64,000 nt of DNA from Candidatus Thorarchaeota archaeon (GCA_029855935.1 JAGSHN010000016.1:128001-192000), one strand, 5' to 3'. Counted from the first letter of the stretch, positions 47,211 to 57,997 are shown. Made by a program: numbers and translations. The notes: a model not told the origin generated them from the letters alone.

Positions 47211-50200
47211 TCACGTCGCTGTGAGGAACAGCGAGACTTGGTCGACCACGCCCTCCTCGGTCCTCAGCGTCACCAGCACCATATACGTCGCAGTGACCAC
47301 CCCCTGAGGAAGCGTGACCGAGATGAGCGGGCTCGTCCCGTAGACATCGCCCGGACCGACGGTACCTATGCTCAACGTGTAGGTCGTATTCGTGGGATAG
47401 ACTGTTGGCGTGATCTCCGTACCGTGCCAGACGACCGAGAAGTCGCCCGTGAGAACTGAGATGTCCACGTAGAGGTCGTGGCTCACGTTGTCGTTGTTGC
47501 GAAGCATCATCACAAGCTGGGAGTACTCACCTGATGTGATCGTTGCCGGGTCGAAATGCGCAGAGTCGATGCCTACCTGCCCCTCACCGACACCGGTCTG
47601 GTTCAGGAGGCCGAACATACGATAGTACGCCTCCACCACGTTGGCCCCCAGCTGGACACGCTCTCCGGTCTCGGCATCAACCAGTCCCACGCCACCGAGC
47701 TTCTCAATGACCCTGTTGCTGGATGTCTGTACCTCGAGAAAGACGGGTATCACATAAAACAGGTCACCGCCGAGATGATACAGCAGCCTGTTGCCGAATC
47801 TATGCGCGCCCCACAGCTGGAGATGCGTCCTCACATCGTCGTTCGTCTCGAAGGCCTGCACTGCTGCGGAGGGCCCCAGAAGCGTCGACTGGCCGACCTG
47901 TCCTGAGCCGTAGAAGACGAGCTGACCGAAGTTCTTGTTGCCACAGCCCATCACGTATATGCCAGCCAGATTCCGTCCCGCTGAGTCTCTGAACTCGGCA
48001 TTGTGCATCGCAACGAACCTGTCCTGTCCAGCAATGCGCATGATGATGTATCGTGTGTCAGACCCCGCAGGTGACTCGTGAAAGTCGACTCCGCTCCTGA
48101 ACACGAAGCCGTCCCGGACGTGATAGATGTATGCCACATCGAGTTGCCTCTCATAGAGGTCCTCCGGCCATCTGATCTGTGACTGCAGCCAGTCAGGGGT
48201 CTCCCGCCAGGGATAGTATTCCCTGTACGTCCGATCGATGAAGAATGGCTCCTCGCCATCATCGCGCGGAGCATAGAACGTCAGGTAACCACTGGTCGTA
48301 TCCACGAGGACAACACCCATGAAACGCATGTACCTCTCGTGAGCATAGCCCGTGGACAGCGGGTAGTCGGCATAGACGGAGACCGCGTAGTAGAGATTGC
48401 CCGACGGGTCGACAACAATGTACGGATCGGAGTCGGTCTCTAGGCCCTGCAGCAGTATTGACTGTACCCGCATACGCACATCGCGCGCGACAAGCATATC
48501 CAAGTCCCGACCCATGAACGACCACGCATCGGGACCCAGAGTGAATATGAAGAATGTCGATTCGAAGCCTGTGAGGGTGTAGTCAGGTGTGCCCTCAAAG
48601 GAGTAGTTTCCGACCTCCTCGAAGCCGGGGACATTGACGAACACGGGATGCGAGAATCCCGCGCCCTCTCCGTAGTAGAAGTTGATCGGGGCGGAGCGGT
48701 TGAGCAGCACGGTCAGGTCTATGTGCTCCACGATGTCACCGCTGTACGCGTTGAGTACGACCAGCCCCTCGGTGTGCGTGTAGTACAGGTACTGGTTGAT
48801 GAAGTTCCCTGCAATGGAGTCGTAGTCGAACGTGAGCGGCGCTATCCAGTACTCGTGTCCCTTGAGATAGACGATGTCCGAGTCTGCCAGTTGCATCCAG
48901 TTCGTGCCTATCTGGTTCTTCATACGGAGATAGCTGGCCACCTGATCCCACTGTCGGACGGTGGTGAGGAACTCCACCTCGCTCTCAGGCGTGGCGTTCG
49001 ACGTAAGGTCGTCGAGCGTCTTCATCTGCATGTCCTGGACTCCGGCGGCCCAGTTGGTGATGGCAATCTCCTTCTTGGTCTCGTAGTTGAACTTCCACTC
49101 TATGTACTTGTCACCAGACATCTGGACACCATAGTAGACGGCCTGAATCACTGGTAGCATCGCCACCACAATGATGAGAACTATGGCGATCCCTGCGAAG
49201 CGTCGTGGGGACTCCGGCACGGGCAGGAACCTCGCCACCTTCAGACGGGAGAGCTCCTTGCGAACGACTGACCGGTCCTGCATAAGCAGGCCGAGACGAT
49301 GAGTATACTCCTCCTTTGAGATACGCCCCTCCTCGTAGTCCGACCGCAGCATCCCCATCTCGCTCTCGAGTCGGACGAGGTCGTCCTGCAGCTGCGCGAT
49401 CTTGATCTTCGTCCTTCTCTGCGCGGGGCCAGCCCGGATCCTCATTATCAGAAAGATGACAGTCCCCACGATTGAGGCACCGAGCGCGATTATCAGAGCG
49501 AGATAGCTCATCCACGTGCCGGCATTGACGGTCCAAGTGGGGACAGCCAGTATCTCCATTGTCAGACTGAGCGATACTATCACGAGTATCGTTGAGATCA
49601 TCACGTAGGAGTCCTTCTTCTCGTGCATCACCTGTGCTGCAAGATAGAGGCCAAAGCGGCCAGCGGTCGTCACCAGGAGGGTGTCGATCAGCCCGACGTA
49701 CAGCTGATAGGCCTCCATTGCGGGGATGAGGCCTATTACAGAGTCCGAGGAAACTCCCGGACTGAAGGGCAGAGAGAACAGGGTGACCACCTGCGACGAA
49801 GTGACATGTATTGACCCGTCGCCCATCAGCATCATCAGGAAGGCCACGTTCTGACCTGTGATGGCCCGGCCACCCATCGAGACATAGAAGGCAAACAGCA
49901 TCACAGCCTCAAAGACTCTCCACACAATGGCCTGCCGCGTCTCGAGGCGGACCACACCGTGGCCGTGAGGTGTCAGGCTGGTGAGAAATGTGATGAACAT
50001 CGATCTCTGTGGCAGCGTTATCATGCTCAGAATGGTCAGCAGGGCTGCTGCATAGAAGATGTTGTTACGTAGAGTCCACGTTGCCCAGTAGTCGACCCCT
50101 GCCTTTGTGGCGTAGGTGTTCTCGTATATGGTCTGCGAGAGCCACCATCCGTAGAAAGCGCCTGCCGCTACAAGAAGAGTGACGACCGCCAGAATCAGCA

Positions 50201-50225
50201 TAGGTAGTAGCGCTCGGACCTTCAC
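47211..50225 (-). CDS. UPF0182-family large membrane protein
   Basis: N-terminal TM bundle, 'VRQWD', 'YTHTEG', 'YYGEG', 'DSDPY', 'IRWPEDL...Q....YHV', 'GNRLL...YVIPVF'. Confidence 0.75.
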   Translation of the reverse strand: MKVRALLPMLILAVVTLLVAAGAFYGWWLSQTIYENTYATKAGVDYWATWTLRNNIFYAAALLTILSMITLPQRSMFITFLTSLTPHGHGVVRLETRQAIVWRVFEAVMLFAFYVSMGGRAITGQNVAFLMMLMGDGSIHVTSSQVVTLFSLPFSPGVSSDSVIGLIPAMEAYQLYVGLIDTLLVTTAGRFGLYLAAQVMHEKKDSYVMISTILVIVSLSLTMEILAVPTWTVNAGTWMSYLALIIALGASIVGTVIFLIMRIRAGPAQRRTKIKIAQLQDDLVRLESEMGMLRSDYEEGRISKEEYTHRLGLLMQDRSVVRKELSRLKVARFLPVPESPRRFAGIAIVLIIVVAMLPVIQAVYYGVQMSGDKYIEWKFNYETKKEIAITNWAAGVQDMQMKTLDDLTSNATPESEVEFLTTVRQWDQVASYLRMKNQIGTNWMQLADSDIVYLKGHEYWIAPLTFDYDSIAGNFINQYLYYTHTEGLVVLNAYSGDIVEHIDLTVLLNRSAPINFYYGEGAGFSHPVFVNVPGFEEVGNYSFEGTPDYTLTGFESTFFIFTLGPDAWSFMGRDLDMLVARDVRMRVQSILLQGLETDSDPYIVVDPSGNLYYAVSVYADYPLSTGYAHERYMRFMGVVLVDTTSGYLTFYAPRDDGEEPFFIDRTYREYYPWRETPDWLQSQIRWPEDLYERQLDVAYIYHVRDGFVFRSGVDFHESPAGSDTRYIIMRIAGQDRFVAMHNAEFRDSAGRNLAGIYVMGCGNKNFGQLVFYGSGQVGQSTLLGPSAAVQAFETNDDVRTHLQLWGAHRFGNRLLYHLGGDLFYVIPVFLEVQTSSNRVIEKLGGVGLVDAETGERVQLGANVVEAYYRMFGLLNQTGVGEGQVGIDSAHFDPATITSGEYSQLVMMLRNNDNVSHDLYVDISVLTGDFSVVWHGTEITPTVYPTNTTYTLSIGTVGPGDVYGTSPLISVTLPQGVVTATYMVLVTLRTEEGVVDQVSLFLTAT

Positions 50226-50365
50226 ATCGTCCCACCTTTGTGGTTCCCCATCATATCAGCCGCACCAACTTATGACCGTTGCGGCCAGAGTGGCTCTCAA
50301 TCCGTGCAACGCCACATCTCCGCGAGTCTGTGTTCTGAGGACACACAACGTTGTCAAGCAACCGC

Positions 50366-51646
50366 CTAGTTGGTCCGACGCAGGACCCTGACGCACTCGC
50401 GCAGGAAGACATCTGCAAGATGGTCCCACGAGTACCCCCTCTCGACAATTGCCCGTGCCTCTGCTCCAAGCCGCGAGCGGAGTTCGTCATCCCTGCACAG
50501 CCGGATGACCGCCTCGCAGAGCGCGTTGCCATCGCCCGGCGGGACAAGGATGCCTCCTCCACTGCTCAGCACCTCAGCAGTACCCGACACCGACGTCGCC
50601 ACGATGGCCGTTCCCGCTGCCATATACTCGAACAGCTTCAGGGGTGAGGCCGCGTGAGCCACGGGGCTGTCCGGGAAGAGGCATAGTGCCACATCTGCTG
50701 CTGCTGTGAACTTTGGCATCTCTTCGTGAGGGTGCAGCCCGGCGTGGATCAGCATATGTCCGAGATTGCTGCTGACGAGTCTGTCAAACAACTCAACGAT
50801 TGACTCCCCGGAGCCCACGAGTAGGATCCTCGAGTCGGGGTACTCCCTGTCAAGTCGCGCAGCGAGGTCGTACATCAGTGAGACGCCCGCCCACTCCTCA
50901 AGGTGTCCCGAGAAGAGGATGACTCGCAGGCCCTCCAGATGATACCGGCGCCTCACGGTACTTGTGTCGACATCTGGTGAGAACTCGTGCGGGTCGACCC
51001 CGTTCGGGATGACGACGATCTTGTCTGTGGGGACTCCTGCGTGGATGAGGAGCCGTCTGAGATAGTGCGTAACTGTGAAGACCCGGTCTGACCACTTGTA
51101 CAGCTGCGTCTCCAGAACGTGAAGCAGCATCGGCCCGAGGCTGTGCATCGAGGTGCCGAGCAGGCCTGCTGCGTAGGCGCTCATCCAATCAGGACAGCCC
51201 ATGAACAGCCTGCGAAGTGTGAGGCGCGCCGACAGGAGTGCGACAACTCCCAGCAGCGGTGTGGCATGAGCAGAGATGATGAGGTCGGAGTTGTGGCGCA
51301 GAATCGGTCGGATGGAGTACGCGGTGAACAACAGAATGGTGATGAGGAGGGCGATGATGCGACTGCGTTTCCAGAGTCCCTCGAGCCGTCGTCCGACCAG
51401 AAGATAGTGCGCGGTGATGTTGGGATGGACCTGTGGCGGGGGTCTCGACCAGTGCTTCTTGTACTCCCAGTCATCAGGACGCCCGCCGAGAAGATAGCGC
51501 AGTGGCTGTGTGGCAATGAACTGTACTCTGACGTCACGAGCGGCAGCCCGCTTTGCGAGCTCGAAGACCGACCGGTCGGATCCGAGGTACGGTGGGAAAT
51601 GCTCGACGAACACGGTCACCCTTCGAACGCCAGTACTACGGGCCAA
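50366..51646 (-). CDS. GT4 glycosyltransferase
   Basis: 'IPNGVD', 'SPLKLFEYMAAG..IV', 'YSWD'. Confidence 0.9.
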   Translation of the reverse strand: MARSTGVRRVTVFVEHFPPYLGSDRSVFELAKRAAARDVRVQFIATQPLRYLLGGRPDDWEYKKHWSRPPPQVHPNITAHYLLVGRRLEGLWKRSRIIALLITILLFTAYSIRPILRHNSDLIISAHATPLLGVVALLSARLTLRRLFMGCPDWMSAYAAGLLGTSMHSLGPMLLHVLETQLYKWSDRVFTVTHYLRRLLIHAGVPTDKIVVIPNGVDPHEFSPDVDTSTVRRRYHLEGLRVILFSGHLEEWAGVSLMYDLAARLDREYPDSRILLVGSGESIVELFDRLVSSNLGHMLIHAGLHPHEEMPKFTAAADVALCLFPDSPVAHAASPLKLFEYMAAGTAIVATSVSGTAEVLSSGGGILVPPGDGNALCEAVIRLCRDDELRSRLGAEARAIVERGYSWDHLADVFLRECVRVLRRTN

Positions 51647-51794
51647 TATCCTCGCCTCTCACAACCCGCCGCCCGCCAGTCTGTGGCGTTGTCGCGGTGG
51701 TGTCTCTGCGGGCAACGAGAGCAGCTCTGCGACTCAGTGCCGTCTTCCACATATATCTTGCGAGTCCAGAGGGAATGGCTGCGACCGTTGTCGC

Positions 51795-53867
51795 TCACGA
51801 CTCGTCCTCTCGTCCAGACCCTGCTCTCATCTCCTGCTCGCGCCTGAGGCCTGCGTATGCGATGATGGAGAGGCCCAGCAGCGCAGGCACCGTCACCGCA
51901 CTGACGGGATACAGGGGTCCCACATAGGTGGTGTACAGGTAGTCGACGAGGTACTCAGACCGAACGCATCTCTGTGGGTAGACGATTATCTCAAGCCTGT
52001 GAATGACACCGTGAGACGGAGCGGATGAGTTGCTGACGAAAGCGTACCTCCAGACAACGTAGGACAGGTTCGTGAACATCGCGCTTCGAGAGATGATGTC
52101 GCCACCAATCGGGGAGCCGTCATCTGACGTCCCGGAGTATCTCAGGATGATGTGCGCGAGGGCGCCAAAGGTCGGGTCCCAGGCTGCGCCAATCCTTGCC
52201 ACGAACTCCGTCGTGCTGTCAATCTCTATCTCTACGGGTCGAGAGTAGATGATGCTGACATTGGCGAGCAGGGAGGGATCTGTCACCCTGCTCGTGTCGA
52301 ACTCAAGATGCGCTATCCCGTCAGTGGAACTGATCGATGCATCGACCGTGGAGGGCGGTAGCGAACTGGCGTTGACCATGACCGACCACTCGTCAATAGA
52401 GTCGAGGTCGTCGCCCCAGGTCCTCTGTTCCTGATAACCGAGAGCGCCGAAGTCCGTGTGGGTGTACGCCGGATAGAGCATCAGCAGACAGATTACGACT
52501 GTGAGACCGAGCGTCCTCTTCCTCACGAGCAGGAAGAGCGGAAGCGACCACATCAGATACCAGCCGAGAAAGACATCACGAGACATAGAGAACAGCAGCA
52601 GCACCGTGGCCGACATCATCAACAGTAGCGTCACCTGGTCGACACGGACATGCTCTCTGTGTATGATTCGCCTCAGTGAGGAGCGCATCATCAGGCTGGC
52701 GACGATGACCGTCACCACCCCGCGTACGAGGCCCACATCAGCGGGATGACGCCACCAGACGGTGGCCGCGACGGAGGTCAGAGGATGTATGCTGGAGATC
52801 AGACCCATCGTGACCAGTACCCCACCGAGGAACAGCGTCGTCCAGTCGAACCTTGAGCCGTGAAGACGTCCCGAGGGCCGTAGCAGCGAGTCTGCAACGA
52901 CTATGATCCCAAAGACCCATCCCAGTGCGATGAGCAGCGTCACGGGAGTGATGTGTGCCAGCAGGTCGGAGAGGAGGCGAGAGAGTAGAGAGGGTTGGGC
53001 CATGCTGGATGCGGCTCCTGTGGCGGCCGAGCCAGTGTCTGTTGAGGGTAGGAGCATCAGTGGCAGATAGGCGGCGACAGCAGCCGCAAGGGCTGTGGCA
53101 GCGAACTTCAGTCTGGCTCGATTCTCGGCAAGGTAGAATAGCATCATAGGGGCGATGAGAGCAGGGTAGACCTTCGTGGCAGCGCCAAGCCCGATGAGGA
53201 GTCCGGCCCTCACTGGCCGCTGCTTGAGGAGGTACCACACGGCGAGAAGCATCAGCAGGTTGACCAGCGGCTCGAAGTGTCCACTCCAGCCCGACTCGAT
53301 GATAGAGATCGGAAGGAGCGCATAGGCCACCACCGCAATGGATGCCCATCTGCGGTCGAATCGCTGCGATGCGATGGCCCAGAGCAGGACAGCAACTCCT
53401 GCATCACAGGCGATGGCGAGGAGGCGGAGGCTATCGACAGCGGGTGCGACCCCATATATCGCGAAGATGACGTAGGCGAACAGAGGTGGATATGGAAAGT
53501 AGAAGCCAGAGTAGGGGGTCAGTCCTCTGCTCATGAAGACCCCGTAGTCGAGATACCACTTTGCATCATTGGAGATCATATTGGTCTGTCCGAGGAAGAC
53601 GAGCCTGACGGCTACGAGCAGCACGAGGACCAGACCGAGAGAGCGATGGTCGTGCAAGAGCGGCCTCTGGGTGATCCGGTCCCACCAGAGAAGCAGGGTC
53701 AGAAGTGCCACATAGGCGGCGGTCCACACATAGTACGCGGCGAAGAACGGGTACATGATGTAGCCAACCATCCGGACGATGGGGACAAAGACGATGTTGG
53801 CCACCAGTGCTAAGACGAGGAGGAGACGACACACCGACTCGCAGTCCCTGTCGAACAGTCGTATCAT
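51795..53867 (-). CDS. GT-C (GT87/PIG-M-like) polyprenyl-phosphate-sugar-dependent glycosyltransferase with extracellular domain
   Basis: 'SNDAKWY...TPY..FYFPYPPL', 'GHFE', 'ATKVYP', 'WYLMW'; many TMs and a beta-rich C-terminal domain. Confidence 0.7.
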   Translation of the reverse strand: MIRLFDRDCESVCRLLLVLALVANIVFVPIVRMVGYIMYPFFAAYYVWTAAYVALLTLLLWWDRITQRPLLHDHRSLGLVLVLLVAVRLVFLGQTNMISNDAKWYLDYGVFMSRGLTPYSGFYFPYPPLFAYVIFAIYGVAPAVDSLRLLAIACDAGVAVLLWAIASQRFDRRWASIAVVAYALLPISIIESGWSGHFEPLVNLLMLLAVWYLLKQRPVRAGLLIGLGAATKVYPALIAPMMLFYLAENRARLKFAATALAAAVAAYLPLMLLPSTDTGSAATGAASSMAQPSLLSRLLSDLLAHITPVTLLIALGWVFGIIVVADSLLRPSGRLHGSRFDWTTLFLGGVLVTMGLISSIHPLTSVAATVWWRHPADVGLVRGVVTVIVASLMMRSSLRRIIHREHVRVDQVTLLLMMSATVLLLFSMSRDVFLGWYLMWSLPLFLLVRKRTLGLTVVICLLMLYPAYTHTDFGALGYQEQRTWGDDLDSIDEWSVMVNASSLPPSTVDASISSTDGIAHLEFDTSRVTDPSLLANVSIIYSRPVEIEIDSTTEFVARIGAAWDPTFGALAHIILRYSGTSDDGSPIGGDIISRSAMFTNLSYVVWRYAFVSNSSAPSHGVIHRLEIIVYPQRCVRSEYLVDYLYTTYVGPLYPVSAVTVPALLGLSIIAYAGLRREQEMRAGSGREDES

Positions 53868-53881
53868 CAGGTATCCTCTCC

Positions 53882-54571
53882 TCAGCGACGCCGGCGGAAC
53901 AGCAGCTTGACGACCAGAAGCAGAAAGCTGAAGATCGTTGTTCCGCCCAGCTTGCTCTCTCCATACCTCCTGTCTGTGAAGACTATCGGCACCTCGGCGA
54001 CTCGCAGATGCCGGTTCTGGGCCACGACCTCAAGGAGGAACTTGTAGTTGGCGTGCCTCACGTTGTCGAGCAGGAGTCGTGCCGACCTGAAGGCGACGAA
54101 CCCGCTCATCGGATCTCGCAATGGCACCTGTAACAGGAGTCTCGCCAACACTGTTGCAAACCTGCTCACGGCCAGTCTGCTACCGGGCCAGCCCCGTACT
54201 TCGCCACCGGGGACGTATCTCGACCCAACCACAACGTCGTATCCTCTGTCCAGAAGACTCAGCATCGCGGGGATGAACCTGGGGTCGTGAGACAGGTCGG
54301 CGTCCATCACGACCACTGCTCCATCCCTCACCTGCTCGGCCCCAAGCCTGACCGCGCTGCTCAGCCCACGCTGACCGTGTCGCACTATCAGCCTCGTGCC
54401 AGGGAACCTCTCAGCGAGCTGGCGTACGACCCGTTGCGTCTTGTCAGTGCTGTCGTCATCGACAACGATCACCTGCACCCCGTCCGTGCCGAGGACTGAG
54501 TAGATTCTACGAATCAGGGGACCGATGTTCTGCTCCTCGTTGAGCGTCGGGATAATGACTGAGCATCTCAT
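53882..54571 (-). CDS. Polyprenol/dolichol-phosphate mannose synthase (GT2)
   Basis: 'IPTLNE..NI', 'VDDDSTD', 'MDADLSHDP', 'GSRY..GG', 'DPMSGF', 'F.DR.YG.SKL'. Confidence 0.9.
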   Translation of the reverse strand: MRCSVIIPTLNEEQNIGPLIRRIYSVLGTDGVQVIVVDDDSTDKTQRVVRQLAERFPGTRLIVRHGQRGLSSAVRLGAEQVRDGAVVVMDADLSHDPRFIPAMLSLLDRGYDVVVGSRYVPGGEVRGWPGSRLAVSRFATVLARLLLQVPLRDPMSGFVAFRSARLLLDNVRHANYKFLLEVVAQNRHLRVAEVPIVFTDRRYGESKLGGTTIFSFLLLVVKLLFRRRR

Positions 54572-54660
54572 CCTACGGCACCGGACACAATTCTTCACAT
54601 CATCTCACACGGTCTAATGAATCTGGCTGGTTGTGTGGCGCCTCCGTCAGGTCACAGGTG

Positions 54661-55524
54661 TCAGGCCTCACCCGCGCGTCTCAGGGCCTCCTCAGCAAGC
54701 CTCAGGCCCTTGCCATCATTGACTGGGAACCACGTCTCAGTAGGAATGCTGACCGCGAAGAGGCGTCCCTCTCGGGCGAGCACTGGAGCGACGACGTTCT
54801 CAAACGACGACTCGACCTCGAGGCTCACCAGCCTTCTGAAATAGTCGTACGCCTGCGGGTCGAACACAGTTATGCCAGTGTGCGCGGGGACGGCAATCAT
54901 AGGGTACTTCGTGACATCAACGACACGCCCCCTGTCTATGACCAGTCCTGAGTACGGATAGGGGGTGCCGGGGACAACGACGAATGTCCCTATGCAGCCG
55001 TTCTTAAGTCCGCGAGCGTGGCCCTCAAGGAAGACCTCGCCGTACGGTCTATCAAGGCCGATGATTATATCGTCTGGGTTGTGGACGATGGAGGTCAGTC
55101 TGTCATCCAGTGTGCCGTTGTTCAGGGCATTGAGAATGGCACCTGCATTGCCCACCTTCCGTCCCTCTGGGTCACAGGAGTAGCGAATCTCCACGCCCCA
55201 GCGCGAGCCATCACCAAGATGCTCCTCCACTCTCTCCGCGAGGAACCCGGTGAGCACCACAAACTTGTCTATTCCAATCTCGGAGTACTGACGAACGACA
55301 CGCTCAATCATGCTCTCCCCTCCCACGGGGATCATCACCTTGTTGATGCCGAGATTCTGCGTCTCGGCCCGAATCCGCTCTCCCTTTCCCCCAGCTGGGA
55401 GCACCACAACGGTCTCGGCCTTCAGTCTCTCGACCTCTTCCGGCGAGACCTGAGTCTCAGTGTCCTCGGTATGGACTCGGGAACGTATCTCCTCCATTAT
55501 GGACTCCAGCGTGTCGGTCATCAC
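54661..55524 (-). CDS. Sugar-phosphate nucleotidyltransferase (mannose-1-P guanylyltransferase-like)
   Basis: 'AGGKGER', 'K.MIPV.G', 'LGDGSRWGV.I.Y', 'GNAGAI'. Confidence 0.85.
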   Translation of the reverse strand: MMTDTLESIMEEIRSRVHTEDTETQVSPEEVERLKAETVVVLPAGGKGERIRAETQNLGINKVMIPVGGESMIERVVRQYSEIGIDKFVVLTGFLAERVEEHLGDGSRWGVEIRYSCDPEGRKVGNAGAILNALNNGTLDDRLTSIVHNPDDIIIGLDRPYGEVFLEGHARGLKNGCIGTFVVVPGTPYPYSGLVIDRGRVVDVTKYPMIAVPAHTGITVFDPQAYDYFRRLVSLEVESSFENVVAPVLAREGRLFAVSIPTETWFPVNDGKGLRLAEEALRRAGEA

Positions 55525-55593
55525 TCCTCACACGTGCGAGGGACGGGACCACGCTCAAAAAGGTTCCTCAGAAGTCGTGACCCGAGGAGGATA

Positions 55594-55821
55594 TCATTCT
55601 CCTCCGGACACTCGGGCCATCTCCTCGAAGAGGGCGAGAGTCTTCTTCGCCTCCTCGGGATTCATGCTCTCGATGGCATAGCCAGTGTGGACGATGACGT
55701 ACTCCCCGGTCTTCACATCAGGCACAAGACTGATGCAGACGCGCTTCTTGACCCCTCCAAAGTCCACCTCGGCATAGTCTCCATCAATGCTGACAACAAG
55801 ACCAGGGACCGCTAGACACAT
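55594..55821 (-). CDS. hypC: Hydrogenase maturation chaperone HypC/HupF
   Basis: 'MCLAVPG', 'VDFGGV', 'YVIVHTGYA'. Confidence 0.96.
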   Translation of the reverse strand: MCLAVPGLVVSIDGDYAEVDFGGVKKRVCISLVPDVKTGEYVIVHTGYAIESMNPEEAKKTLALFEEMARVSGGE

Positions 55822-55887
55822 CGTCGTTCACCTGGAGCTACTCTCAGTCTGTTTTAGAATCTTGTGAATTGACCACGCCGCCCTCTC

Positions 55888-56997
55888 TCAGCTGACAGGT
55901 CGCCAGCAGATGCCCAGCTCGTCCGCTATCTCGAATGCTCTGCGCATCTCCTCGTTATTGACACGGCGCGCAATGTCTGAGTACGTGTCCGGCTCTCGGA
56001 GGACTCTGTGTTCGGGCCGGTACTGACCCATTATGTTGACCATACACTGTGGCATGTTCTCTGCTATCCACTCAAGAATCGGAATCGTGCAGCAGTCCAC
56101 GTGGTTTGGCATCACGAGGTGCCGGACTATCACCTCGCCCGACTCGTACGCCATCAGGTGATTGCGTGAGACCACCTCGAAGTACCTCTTGATCCCTGAG
56201 AGTTTCAACGCGCACTCATCATTGCCGTACTTGAAGTCCGGGAGCCAGACGTCGAAAACGTCCCGCAGGAGTTGCATCGTCTCGACACTGCAGTACAGGT
56301 TCGAGTTCCACAGCTGGGTGATGTTCCGGTCCTGATGGACTAGCGAGGCAAGGATCGTGTGCGTGTTCGGTATAGGGTCGCCACCGACATAGTTGATGTT
56401 CAGTGCGCCATCGCGGGCCAGCGAGTCGGCGATCTGCGCCAGCTGCCTGGGCGTCACCACTCGTCCCGAGTAAGGGTTGGTCGAGATATCCTCGTTCTGA
56501 CAGAAGACACAGCCGAAGCAGCAAGATGAGAAGAAGATCGTGCCACTGGGGACGAGCGGTGCCTCCTCGCCCGTGTGGAGGAACGCCGATGAGACACGCG
56601 ACTCCTGACCGAGCCTGCACCAGCCCTTCTCGTCGTTCGCACGGTTGGCTCCGCATCTCCGCTCGCAGAAGTGGCAGGACTGGAGGATTCGATTGGCGAG
56701 TTCGACCTTCAGGTCGAGAAAGGTGGCTCTCCCATCAACATCATCCCGCCTCCGCTCTCCGCCCTCATCCACAGACCTGACATAGTCCTGAAACTCGCTG
56801 GATAGGTTTCGATGGGCTGACCAGAGTTCCTCGGTGGAGGCGTCCAGCGAGGTGGGGCACGGGATTTCCTTTGCGAGCAGGTACCTTGCCCATCTCTCAC
56901 CGTCGATGATTCCTCTGTATCTACTGAGCCTCCGGACTGTCTCCGCATCCTGCCATACCCGGAGTGCGTCCGGACGGAGGAATCGCCACATAGTCAT
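55888..56997 (-). CDS. Radical SAM protein, PflX-like
   Basis: 'CHFCERRC..NR', 'H.GEE..L.PSGTIFF..CCFGCVFCQN', 'PDFKYG', 'VRHLVMP'. Confidence 0.9.
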   Translation of the reverse strand: MTMWRFLRPDALRVWQDAETVRRLSRYRGIIDGERWARYLLAKEIPCPTSLDASTEELWSAHRNLSSEFQDYVRSVDEGGERRRDDVDGRATFLDLKVELANRILQSCHFCERRCGANRANDEKGWCRLGQESRVSSAFLHTGEEAPLVPSGTIFFSSCCFGCVFCQNEDISTNPYSGRVVTPRQLAQIADSLARDGALNINYVGGDPIPNTHTILASLVHQDRNITQLWNSNLYCSVETMQLLRDVFDVWLPDFKYGNDECALKLSGIKRYFEVVSRNHLMAYESGEVIVRHLVMPNHVDCCTIPILEWIAENMPQCMVNIMGQYRPEHRVLREPDTYSDIARRVNNEEMRRAFEIADELGICWRPVS

Positions 56998-57103
56998 TAG
57001 TTTCGCCGGGAGTCATAAAAGGGATTTGCAGGAATTCATCAAGGGATAGGCCTGCGCAAGTGCAGCAGGCTGTTCCTACCTGTTCTCATAGGGGTCGACT
57101 ACT

Positions 57104-57796
57104 GTGGTTTCCCAGCCTAGAGCGAGCGGCCTGAGTGACATAGAGCATATTGCGTTTGAATTCATACCAATCACACAGTACTTCTCAGACCTCCAGAGTG
57201 CGAGGGGTGCTGGGCGGCTGGATCACGGCTTTCCCGATATGGACCCGCCTGTACCGTCGTTCGAAGAGCTGTATAAGCGCACAGTGGGGCTTGTACCCCA
57301 GTATCACCAGTATACAACGTACCTACTTGTGACGGAGCCAGTTGGTCGTGAGAAGGAACCCATTGGAGTACTGGCAGTCCAGAGGACGTCGCACGATGAG
57401 ATCACTAGGAAGCTGGTGGGTGTCGAGCCACCCTTCGAGGGGACTTGTCTCTACCTGAGCTGGATAGTCCTGCATAAATCTTGGCAGAGGTTGAGACTGT
57501 TCAAGCTGCTCTTCGTCTTCTACGAAACTCTCCTCAAGCGGCTTCGGGCCAAGACCGGTCAGCCAGTATATGGCGCGGCAAAGGCTGTCAGGCGTCTACG
57601 ATACCCCTTCTACCTAATCTCTGGTTCTGAGGATCGGTACGTTGAGTCCAATGACACCGAGTTCAGGTTTCGGGGTCGGCAGGTCGAGTTCTGGGGAATT
57701 CCCGGTGAGGTACTCAACCCAGAGACCTATGCGGGGATTGACTGCTACTACATCAGAATTGTCACAGAGGAGGACAGGGGGTGTTCGAAGGGCTAA
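57104..57796 (+). CDS. Hypothetical protein, possible degenerate GNAT fold
   Basis: 'IGVLAV...LYLSWIVLHKSWQRLRLFKLL' resembles GNAT motif A without the glycines. Confidence 0.5.
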   Translation: MVSQPRASGLSDIEHIAFEFIPITQYFSDLQSARGAGRLDHGFPDMDPPVPSFEELYKRTVGLVPQYHQYTTYLLVTEPVGREKEPIGVLAVQRTSHDEITRKLVGVEPPFEGTCLYLSWIVLHKSWQRLRLFKLLFVFYETLLKRLRAKTGQPVYGAAKAVRRLRYPFYLISGSEDRYVESNDTEFRFRGRQVEFWGIPGEVLNPETYAGIDCYYIRIVTEEDRGCSKG

Positions 57797-57853
57797 TAAG
57801 ACTCCGCCCGCAAGATAGTATTGTGTGAGAAGTAAGTTTGAGGTGCAGGCTGA

Positions 57854-57997
57854 ATGGACCTGGGGAATCCTGTCAAAGTAGACGAGGAGGTCAAGAGAAG
57901 GATTCGGAGGAAACTGGAGGTCTGGGAGCGGGAGTTCAAGGAGAAACTCGAACAGTACAGAAGAGATGGCACCCTCGACGCGGAGGCACAGCTCTAG
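57854..57997 (+). CDS. Small 47-aa charged helical protein (missing from the ORF track)
   Basis: GAGGTG SD, then MDLGNPVKVDEEVKRRIRRKLEVWEREFKEKLEQYRRDGTLDAEAQL*. Confidence 0.55.
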   Translation: MDLGNPVKVDEEVKRRIRRKLEVWEREFKEKLEQYRRDGTLDAEAQL

